54,049 bases of DNA from a virus (lineage: Duplodnaviria > Caudoviricetes): the IMG/VR virus record IMGVR_UViG_3300048011_000299, positions 1 through 54,049 of that record; one strand, 5' to 3'. The number at the start of each line of letters is the position of its first letter. Position 1 is the first letter of the stretch. A program made the translations under genes and the position numbers. Below are positions 18,305 through 26,163 of this stretch, piece by piece. The notes beneath the pieces are model-generated. The model searched no databases and was not told the origin of the DNA. It saw nothing but the letters and a program-made list of their open reading frames with translations.

Positions 18305-20620
18305 CTAGTTGTCTCCGAAGTAGACCACGCGGCCTGTTGATTGGAATTTATCTTGCGACGAACCACCAATTGGTGCATCAGCAAATCCGTGAAGTACTTT
18401 GCCAGAAGGTACGGTTACGGTTGCTGCATCCCCAACATAAATAAATTGATATGCAGCGTGATTATCTATAGTGGCTACTGTCTCAAAATAATTATAATGG
18501 CTGTCTATCGTATCGCTCTCGCCAATGTAGAGCGTTGCATTTCTATCCATGCCCTGCCATGTACCTGCTATAGTCGTGTTGTTAGGCACAATTTCTATAG
18601 TCTTCCACATGTAGTAAGTAGCAGAAGCATCTGGAACCACATAGGCAGACGCTGTACCGCCAGATGATGAAGCTGATGAACTACCGCCTGATTTGTAAGC
18701 AGTAGAACCCATTCCAGAATGGTTAGCGCAGTAGTAGTACAGGGTAGGGCTATCTTGTTGTACAGTTATTTGTACATACGCACCCGCCTGACCTGCAGTT
18801 CCTACCACCGTCACTCCAGTAGTGAACTCTGATCCGCTGTCGTGTGTGCCATCTGCAGTAGTTGAGAACTTTAGAGGATGACCTGAGTTTGAACTATGCG
18901 ATTGATCGAAGCGATACTGTATAGACGGGGCTAAAGAAGCCTTCTGTAATGCCGTACCATCCAGATAAAATTCACCGCTGGCGGCTGTAACTGCTATTGT
19001 GTTGTACGCTAATCCAAGATTTGTAACTGAGGTAGCTGGATTATTAACATCACTCAGATTATTTACTGCAGTGAGGGCAGTACCTGCATCGAAGACTGCA
19101 GTAGCAAATGCAGTTCCATTGAATACTTTTAGGCTATCTACGGTAGTATTGTAGTAAATGGCTCCTGTAGCCACTCCGCTAGTGGATGGGTCAGAAGAAA
19201 AGCTACCCAGAAACAGAGTTACTATAGTGTTCTTTGAGGATACTGCTATTGCCTCAGAAGCGGCGGCGCTATTTTCTGAAACAAGGGCGTTAGCTGCGCT
19301 GGTAGCCGCTGCAGCCGCTGACGTAGCTGCGTTAGTGCTTGATCCAAAGAGGTTGTCTACATAAGCCTTATTTGCGCTGTCAGTGCTGACAGAAGGTGTA
19401 CCTAAACCAGTGACTTTATTGCCGCCAAGGGCAATGTCGCCTGTCATTGTGCCGCCAGCTAAACCCAAGAATGTAGTGTCTGAATAATTCTTAGTGGTAG
19501 GGTGTAGAGGCTGGGTAGGATCAGCCGACAGGATTATGTGTCCTGTCATTGTACCACCAGCTTTTGGTAGCTTAGTACCTATGCTAGTTGTGATAGTATT
19601 AGAAAAGTCTGAATCATCGCCAAGGGCAGCGGCTAATTCATTCAATGTGTCTAGGGCAGCGGGGGCAGAATCTACTAGGTTAGCTACCGCATTATCAACG
19701 TCTACTTTTCGTGCGGCATCGTTGGCGTTTGTTGGGGCAGAAAGATTGGTAATAGTAGCAGAAGTGCCAGCGTTCATATTCAATGTGCCGTTGATAGTAA
19801 CGTCATTGAAGGATGAAGCACCAGAAGTGGCAATTACGTTTGAGTTCAATGCGCCACTAGAAGTAAGCGTACCATTTAACGTGATGTTATTAAAAACTGA
19901 TGTTCCAGTGGATGTAACATTACCGCTTATGTCACCAGTTACTGAACCAACAAAGCCACTATTAGCCGTAATCTGAGTGCCAGTAATAGCCGTAGGTGAA
20001 TTACCGCCAATAACCGTACCGTCGATAGTACCGCTGTTTACATCTACCTGAGCTGCTGTAGTTAAACCGTTTAAATTAGCAGCACCGTTTGCGGTGAGAG
20101 TACCTGTCAGAGCAGTAGTACCACCTACGGAAACATTTCCCTGTGCGCTTATACCGCCTGATAAGAATAAGTCTTGGAAACGTAAGGAAGGTGATCCAAG
20201 GTCAGTTAAGTTGTTTGTCTCTGGAATAATTGCAGCGGCTGTACCGTCTACTAAAACCAACTCTCGCCAGACTGCTGAACCTGTAGTATTACCCACACAG
20301 ATGAACACACGGCCTGTAGATACATTTTCCCAAAGAGACCCTACCGCATATCCTTGAGTGAAATCGTTAGTTACGACAGGATTGGAAGTGGCAGCTAGAT
20401 TATTTTTACCGCCTGTACCGCCATGCACTGGAGGTAAATAACCAGATAAAGACGTAGAAAGATTTATCTTTGGTCCTTGGCCTACTGTACCGTTATGGCT
20501 ATGACCGGAAACACCATCAAAGGCGTCTTCTAATTTGTTAAATTCCGCATTGAGAGGCGGTGCTGTTATATCTGCACCGTTAAAAATCTGTGCGGTGGAT
20601 TGGCGCGTGTAACCTGCCAT
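18305..20620 (-). CDS. Tail fibre protein with a cupredoxin-like domain (771 aa)
   Basis: MAGYTRQS N-terminus, GHSHNG, LVDSAPAALDTLNELAAALG repeat, GHPLKFS...LYYYCANHSGMG. Confidence 0.75.
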   Translation of the reverse strand: MAGYTRQSTAQIFNGADITAPPLNAEFNKLEDAFDGVSGHSHNGTVGQGPKINLSTSLSGYLPPVHGGTGGKNNLAATSNPVVTNDFTQGYAVGSLWENVSTGRVFICVGNTTGSAVWRELVLVDGTAAAIIPETNNLTDLGSPSLRFQDLFLSGGISAQGNVSVGGTTALTGTLTANGAANLNGLTTAAQVDVNSGTIDGTVIGGNSPTAITGTQITANSGFVGSVTGDISGNVTSTGTSVFNNITLNGTLTSSGALNSNVIATSGASSFNDVTINGTLNMNAGTSATITNLSAPTNANDAARKVDVDNAVANLVDSAPAALDTLNELAAALGDDSDFSNTITTSIGTKLPKAGGTMTGHIILSADPTQPLHPTTKNYSDTTFLGLAGGTMTGDIALGGNKVTGLGTPSVSTDSANKAYVDNLFGSSTNAATSAAAAATSAANALVSENSAAASEAIAVSSKNTIVTLFLGSFSSDPSTSGVATGAIYYNTTVDSLKVFNGTAFATAVFDAGTALTAVNNLSDVNNPATSVTNLGLAYNTIAVTAASGEFYLDGTALQKASLAPSIQYRFDQSHSSNSGHPLKFSTTADGTHDSGSEFTTGVTVVGTAGQAGAYVQITVQQDSPTLYYYCANHSGMGSTAYKSGGSSSASSSGGTASAYVVPDASATYYMWKTIEIVPNNTTIAGTWQGMDRNATLYIGESDTIDSHYNYFETVATIDNHAAYQFIYVGDAATVTVPSGKVLHGFADAPIGGSSQDKFQSTGRVVYFGDN

Positions 20621-22284
20621 TATCTTCTCCCTGCAACGGAATATTCAAATACGAGACCTTGAATGGAATATGGGTCAAATTGACCAATAGACACAAACTC
20701 GGCGCGGGTTGAAAATCCTGACCCTTGAATGTTGGTAGACATAACCGGCTTAGAGTTGCCGCCATACAGTACGCTGGATGCCCCGTAATCTATATTACGA
20801 CCAGCATATTCCACAGGACCGCCTAAACTACTTTGGGAGTAACCGGCAGGTTGGGGATTGTTGTAATCTCCCCAATCAAAACGGAGTCCAAGATTTAAAG
20901 TGAATGGGCCTTCCGCACGTACAAAAGTATTGATCTGTCGCATTATTTTACGCAAATCAGTATCGCCAAAGTCTAAATATGGCGTGGAATATACTGCTAA
21001 AATATCATCACCAGAAAAGTTATTACCGACTTCCTGTTGATATACTTTGCCGTCAAAATCCCCATGCAATACAACTTCAGAAGACCCCACATAATCTGAA
21101 GTGGTTACATGCGCCCTGATCCCTACTAGCTCCCCAAAGTTCCATTGGATAGCGCCATTGGTTTCAGTTAGACCTCCTATTAATCCGTAGGAGTCTATCT
21201 TAGCTATAGAAGAGCCACCTATGAAGTACCTTACCTGAGACTTAGAGCGTATTACAACGCCACACAAAGTATCTAAATTATAGTTGGCTATAACGTCTAC
21301 TAAAGCACCTTGGATGGGGCGAGATACGGACTCAATCTCTACATCACCAATACGAGAAGTACCTGCGACAGGTCTAAAGCCATCAGGCGCTAGAAACATC
21401 AGGTCGCCACCAATTTCCAAAACACTGTCAGCGGCAACACAGCCTACGTTGGCAGTAACTGGAGAAGTGACGAAATTTAAAGTTGAATCGGTTGCAACCT
21501 TAACGATAGCATTTGATCCAAAAACAAATAAATTATCACGAAACGGCTTAATCTGAACTACAGGAAAACCTGCGGATAACTGACCTCCACTTGAGCCGAA
21601 ATCTAAGTAAGCGTCTGTATCTGCCGTATTTACAGGAGCGGAATAGGCTATAGCAGGCTTAGTACCCTTATCTCCAGATAAAAAGAGAGTATGGTTAAAA
21701 AAATCTACTACGCTAGGAGCATTTAGAACATTAGGACCGCCCGGACTAGAAGTGCCGCCAGTATTAGTGTTTACAAGCTCATACCAATTAGTACCATTAA
21801 ACACGATGGCTGGATTTACGCCATCTACAAAGCAGATTGCATCTCCACCACCAAAGTTAAATTGTACGTGGCGTAGTCTATTTACTGAACGCAATCCAGC
21901 CGACATATCGCGGGTAAATCCTGTAGATATAACCTGCCAGCCGGATAAGGGTACATACTTATAGAAGCTATAAGTGTTAGCATTTTTATCTTTACGTGCA
22001 GAAATATAAAACGGATTATTAAACTGAGAGTTCTGATAGATAGCTAATCCCAGTACAGCACCTTCTGCTGTAGATGAAGTGCCGACTTCACCTAGACCCC
22101 CTGAGCCTGCATAACCCAACTCTTTGTAGCCATTTATGCGCCGATAGCCGCCAAATAAAGACGGTTCATAATTAATCAGCCGTGTAGCAGAACCGGGAAG
22201 ATTGTCTGATAAATCTAAATGGTTTTCATTAGAATTTAGACCGCCTCCACATATAACCTTAAAGCTTTCTATCTGGTCAGCCAT
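20620..22284 (-). CDS. Tail nozzle / tail tubular protein B-like
   Basis: GGLN start, NVGCVA.DSV.EIGGDLMFLAPDG; position after the adaptor gene. Confidence 0.7.
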   Translation of the reverse strand: MADQIESFKVICGGGLNSNENHLDLSDNLPGSATRLINYEPSLFGGYRRINGYKELGYAGSGGLGEVGTSSTAEGAVLGLAIYQNSQFNNPFYISARKDKNANTYSFYKYVPLSGWQVISTGFTRDMSAGLRSVNRLRHVQFNFGGGDAICFVDGVNPAIVFNGTNWYELVNTNTGGTSSPGGPNVLNAPSVVDFFNHTLFLSGDKGTKPAIAYSAPVNTADTDAYLDFGSSGGQLSAGFPVVQIKPFRDNLFVFGSNAIVKVATDSTLNFVTSPVTANVGCVAADSVLEIGGDLMFLAPDGFRPVAGTSRIGDVEIESVSRPIQGALVDVIANYNLDTLCGVVIRSKSQVRYFIGGSSIAKIDSYGLIGGLTETNGAIQWNFGELVGIRAHVTTSDYVGSSEVVLHGDFDGKVYQQEVGNNFSGDDILAVYSTPYLDFGDTDLRKIMRQINTFVRAEGPFTLNLGLRFDWGDYNNPQPAGYSQSSLGGPVEYAGRNIDYGASSVLYGGNSKPVMSTNIQGSGFSTRAEFVSIGQFDPYSIQGLVFEYSVAGRR

Positions 22285-22973
22285 TAGAACCTAACCCGCG
22301 TGTCTCGCACATATTCATAATTATTAATGTACAGCGTCTGAAGGTCTTTGAGACCTTTCTCAAAGCTCATAAATGCCGCCTGAGCCGCTTCTATGTTATC
22401 TTTGAACATATACATATTGTACAAAGCACCATCTACGATAACGCTGTCGAAAGAGGTGGGAACGCGAGTTTGATCATTAAACACAGTAAGATCAGCAAAA
22501 TTTAAATAGTATCTGAAACGCACACTGTAGGCTTTGTCGGGAGATGGCGAAACGCCGTATCCGTTACCGTGGCTGGCAAAGACGTACTCAGGGATGTCTC
22601 TACCACTATTACCGCTGGTATAGTCATCGTCACGGTGCTTGTCATACCACTCATCCCTCTCTATGAGCTTGAGGGTTTTAAAGCCGGTATTTAAGCTGTC
22701 ATTTTTTTGTATCTGGAAGCTATTCCAGTCAGCTACTTTGAAGGCTTCAGGCCAGACATATTCTTCCTGCCCTTGGATCAAAGTTTCTGTATGCTCTGCA
22801 GCATTAAAGGGCCATTCAAACTCAGCCTGATTAACCCTACTGATAGCCGTTTTCACGCTATCCTTTGTAAGAGCCTGTACACCTCTAACAGAGTCAAACT
22901 CAGAGGCAGAAATCTCCACTTCGTTTAATCTACGAAGTACTAGATTACATAAAGTGAGGTAGGTGCTAGGCAT
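22284..22973 (-). CDS. Head-tail adaptor / tail tubular protein A-like
   Basis: YLTLCNLVLRRLNE, EWPF, SPSPDKAY; directly after the capsid gene. Confidence 0.75.
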   Translation of the reverse strand: MPSTYLTLCNLVLRRLNEVEISASEFDSVRGVQALTKDSVKTAISRVNQAEFEWPFNAAEHTETLIQGQEEYVWPEAFKVADWNSFQIQKNDSLNTGFKTLKLIERDEWYDKHRDDDYTSGNSGRDIPEYVFASHGNGYGVSPSPDKAYSVRFRYYLNFADLTVFNDQTRVPTSFDSVIVDGALYNMYMFKDNIEAAQAAFMSFEKGLKDLQTLYINNYEYVRDTRVRF

Positions 22974-22993
22974 GAATGTTCCTTAGAAGTAGG

Positions 22994-23021
22994 AAAAGGG
23001 GCCAGTGCAGGACCAGCCCCT
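22994..23021 (-). terminator. Terminator after the major capsid gene
   Basis: Minus strand aggggctggt-loop-actggcccct then TTT. Confidence 0.7.
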
Positions 23022-23029
23022 CAGTAATC

Positions 23030-24079
23030 TTATGCGAGGTTGTAGTTCGCTGTGAACAATGCCTCTGGTCTCAGAATCTTCCGACCATAGAGGCTCATGC
23101 CGCGCACCACATCCGCGAATGTAGTAGGTGACCGGAAGGTCTCAGTCTTAGCAATCTGTTGAGCCGTAGCTACCGCAGATGCGTGACCAGCAACCATCAC
23201 ACCGAAGTTGGCTTCGGAACCCGCAGAAGCGGCTGTACCAGCACCAGTACCAAGATATGGAAGGTTATTGGACTTGTAGATTGAGAACCCACGCAATGTT
23301 CCGGGCAAGCGTCCGTTACGCAACTCATCACCGCCACCGAAGTCGGCGTTAATAAGCTTACTAGACTCATCCATCAGTACTTCTGCAAATACCGGATCGA
23401 TTACTACCCACCGTCCATCGGTGTCTACATTAGCCTGATCCATCTGCCGTGCGATACGGTTTAAGATTGCCAATGGAGAAGTGATACCACCAGCACCACC
23501 GCCAGCGGCGATTGGGATAGAAGTAACTTCACCCGTACCACCAATATCGCTGCCACCGAATGTTGTGATATCCAGCTTGTTAGCTGCCAACATTTCGTCT
23601 GAACCTGCAGTGGAATCTGCTTTAGTACCATTGGTTGTGGTGTTACGCGCCCATGCGGAAGGTGTCTTCCAACCAGACATGTATCCAAGTACTTCTGCGT
23701 CAAAGGTATCACGCAGTTTGTAACCTGCACGATCACTTGCTAGATCACCAAAAGAAACATGAGAGTGTGCCTCTTCAATATCGTCGATAGCGAACTGAAA
23801 GTAGTTAGCTTGATCAACAACCATAGTGAAATCAGCGTCTGTAAGGTCTTGAGTAGACAGAGCCGTACCACGCTCATATGTCGTGATAGTGATATCTGGT
23901 TCTTTAATAATCTTTACAGAGTCACCGAAGTTAGCGATTTCTCCAGCGTAGTCAGTGTTAGTTACTGACTCTACTACAGACGCCTTCCTCAGAGCCTTCT
24001 GTACCTTTTTTGAGTAGATTACTGGGCTGAACGCACCCGAATTGAGGTTAGTATAACCTGATGCCTTTGGAAATGCCAT
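23030..24079 (-). CDS. Major capsid protein
   Basis: FSPVIYSKKV, TNTDYAGEIANFGDSVKII, FAIDDIEEAHS, FADVVRGMSLYGRKILRPE. Confidence 0.9.
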   Translation of the reverse strand: MAFPKASGYTNLNSGAFSPVIYSKKVQKALRKASVVESVTNTDYAGEIANFGDSVKIIKEPDITITTYERGTALSTQDLTDADFTMVVDQANYFQFAIDDIEEAHSHVSFGDLASDRAGYKLRDTFDAEVLGYMSGWKTPSAWARNTTTNGTKADSTAGSDEMLAANKLDITTFGGSDIGGTGEVTSIPIAAGGGAGGITSPLAILNRIARQMDQANVDTDGRWVVIDPVFAEVLMDESSKLINADFGGGDELRNGRLPGTLRGFSIYKSNNLPYLGTGAGTAASAGSEANFGVMVAGHASAVATAQQIAKTETFRSPTTFADVVRGMSLYGRKILRPEALFTANYNLA

Positions 24080-24320
24080 TGCTCTAATATCCTTGTATGA
24101 AATGGCTTAAAATAAACTTCTAGGCACACGTAATTGTGTGATTAATAAAATGATTAAATAATTCTAGAAGCAGCTAGATCAGACAATTAAACAACAGTGT
24201 CAGCTTGATTAGAGTGTCGCTAATAGCGGGTCTAACGCACTGGTGGACTTTGTATCTATTATCTGGGAGGGAGATGCGGGGTATACTACTAAGAGTGTCC
24301 TACATCTATGAAATCAATGG
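24080..24320 (-). other. Long structured 5' leader of the capsid mRNA
   Basis: About 240 nt non-coding; hairpins at 24209-24235 and 24273-24306. Confidence 0.55.
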
Positions 24321-24324
24321 TTTC

Positions 24325-24353
24325 ATTATAACACATTGAGTTAATTAATACAA
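24325..24353 (-). promoter_or_regulatory. Sigma70-type promoter for the capsid gene
   Basis: Minus strand TTGTAT-17 nt-TATAAT. Confidence 0.65.
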
Positions 24354-24395
24354 TAGTTAATTAATATATTACTGCACCCCCAAGGGCGCAGCCGT

Positions 24396-24424
24396 AGGCT
24401 ATAGTTAAGTGGCTTAATTGTCAA
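24396..24424 (-). promoter_or_regulatory. Second capsid promoter, inside an inverted repeat
   Basis: Minus strand TTGACA-17 nt-TAGCCT, within arms agccgtaggct (24390-24400) and agcctacggct (24429-24439). Confidence 0.55.
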
Positions 24425-24443
24425 CCCAAGCCTACGGCTTTTT

Positions 24444-25211
24444 TTATCGGGCAGCGCCAGAAATGTCGTATGCAAATGCTCCAGAGGAGATAGCAGCATT
24501 AATAGCTTCTTCGTTAGCCTCATACTCACGGTCACTCATTGCCTGTACCATACTCTCTGAGAAGGTAGCTTTACCGCCTGTACTTGGGGCAGAGGATGAG
24601 GTGCGGCCTACTGCCTGAGCAGCCGACTTGTTTGAGCGGCGTTTGCCGGTATCGGCTTTATACAGATCAATTGTACGTGCTGCCCAAGTAGCGTCAGTAT
24701 TATTCTTATATACGCTGTCCTGCATTGCAGACGGCTGTAGGGCTACCCACTCATGGAACTTTGGATCAGACCTAATTTGAGCGAAGTCTGGGTGTAGTTG
24801 CATAAGCTGTTGCTCTGCGGTTTTACGGTAAAGAGACTTCTCAAAGTTCTCCACCTTAATAAGACGCTGTTCACCTTCCTGAAGAGCTTCGTTAGCTCGC
24901 TTACGGGCAATAGTATCGACGATTTTAGCGACATCGGGGTAGCGGTTAGACCATGCCTCTACTTCCGCATCTGTCTTAGGGAAGCGTATTTGTTGGCGGG
25001 TTGCCGCGTCTAGTTGCTTCTTAACTGCGGCTAACTCTTGATCCTTTTGATCACGCACCGTCTGAATATGACGTTGTATGTCCTGATAGCGTTTCTTGTA
25101 GCTCTCCTCTTCAGCGTCTAATTGCTTAGTGGGTTGCTGTTGTGCCATCTCTTGGCTGTATGTTAATTCATCTTCCGCTTCAGGTGTGCGACTATACTTT
25201 TGCTTCTGCAT
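24444..25211 (-). CDS. Capsid scaffolding protein
   Basis: YKKRYQDIQRH, LMQLHPDF, FHEWV; coiled coil; directly upstream of the capsid gene. Confidence 0.8.
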   Translation of the reverse strand: MQKQKYSRTPEAEDELTYSQEMAQQQPTKQLDAEEESYKKRYQDIQRHIQTVRDQKDQELAAVKKQLDAATRQQIRFPKTDAEVEAWSNRYPDVAKIVDTIARKRANEALQEGEQRLIKVENFEKSLYRKTAEQQLMQLHPDFAQIRSDPKFHEWVALQPSAMQDSVYKNNTDATWAARTIDLYKADTGKRRSNKSAAQAVGRTSSSAPSTGGKATFSESMVQAMSDREYEANEEAINAAISSGAFAYDISGAAR

Positions 25212-25251
25212 AATATTTCCTTATGGGTCCGATAATATTCGGGTATCCAGA

Positions 25252-26163
25252 TTAAATTGCGAATGCGTACTTCTGCTTTTTCAGCATTCCGGGGAGTTTA
25301 GATGTTGAGGAAGCTTCTTCTTCGTAGGCTTCTTCGTCATCCAAGAGGTCATCCACCTGAACGGTAGCTACCTCAATATCGATACCCTCATCAGGTTCAT
25401 CGATTTCTTCGTCTTCCACTACTTCAGCGTCAGACATTTCTGCGTGTTGGATTAGGCCGGTCATCTGCATAGACATCAGACCCATCTCCGCTTCGGACTG
25501 CATCATCTGAATGTGCTTCAGCCCGTGCCACTTAACTACGTGAGCCGGTAAGACGTATTCGTCTGTACTCAGTTTGGCGTCTATATCGTCGCGCACATTT
25601 TCTGCGTGAGAGCCAATGGGAATAGGATTACCAGAGACTTCGTCATAGCCCATGATGCCGTCCATCATCATACCGCCGCCGCAATCTCCCTCGCAATCGC
25701 CTTCGCAGCCGCAAGCCATGCCGCCGTGGTACATCTCTACAAGTTCGTTTTTCTGTACAGCTTCGGCCACTTCCTTTTCGCGGGTGGATAGTTCGCCGTC
25801 TTCATTAGTGTCGGCCTTGGCGTCATCCCTTTGAAATTTCTTAGCTGCCATGTCTTTTCCCTCTTGTGTGGTAATTCCTTTAGTGGCGGTAGCTACGCCG
25901 CCTAATGCAAAGCCCTTGCCCTTAATCGACTCCCAGACCGGACCCATGTTGAAGCCTAGCTTCTGACCGCCTAGCATCACGCCCATCAGACCTAGCTTCG
26001 CAACATCTCTAAAGGTTACGTTGCCGTCTTCATCTCTGGCGTCCTCTAAGGCATCCAGCCGGTCCTGCTCCTCAAAGTCTTCTGGGTAGCGTTCCCGTAA
26101 GTACTTCTGCTCCATTTCAAAGAGGTCGCCTAAGTACTTCTCATATTCAGCTTGTTCGCTCAT
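25252..26163 (-). CDS. Acidic head-associated protein (303 aa)
   Basis: Start re-called at MSEQAE (GAGG RBS); FALGG and MYHGG motifs; DDIDAKLSTDEYVLPAHVV; EF-hand-like DTNEDGELS. Confidence 0.6.
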   Translation of the reverse strand: MSEQAEYEKYLGDLFEMEQKYLRERYPEDFEEQDRLDALEDARDEDGNVTFRDVAKLGLMGVMLGGQKLGFNMGPVWESIKGKGFALGGVATATKGITTQEGKDMAAKKFQRDDAKADTNEDGELSTREKEVAEAVQKNELVEMYHGGMACGCEGDCEGDCGGGMMMDGIMGYDEVSGNPIPIGSHAENVRDDIDAKLSTDEYVLPAHVVKWHGLKHIQMMQSEAEMGLMSMQMTGLIQHAEMSDAEVVEDEEIDEPDEGIDIEVATVQVDDLLDDEEAYEEEASSTSKLPGMLKKQKYAFAI

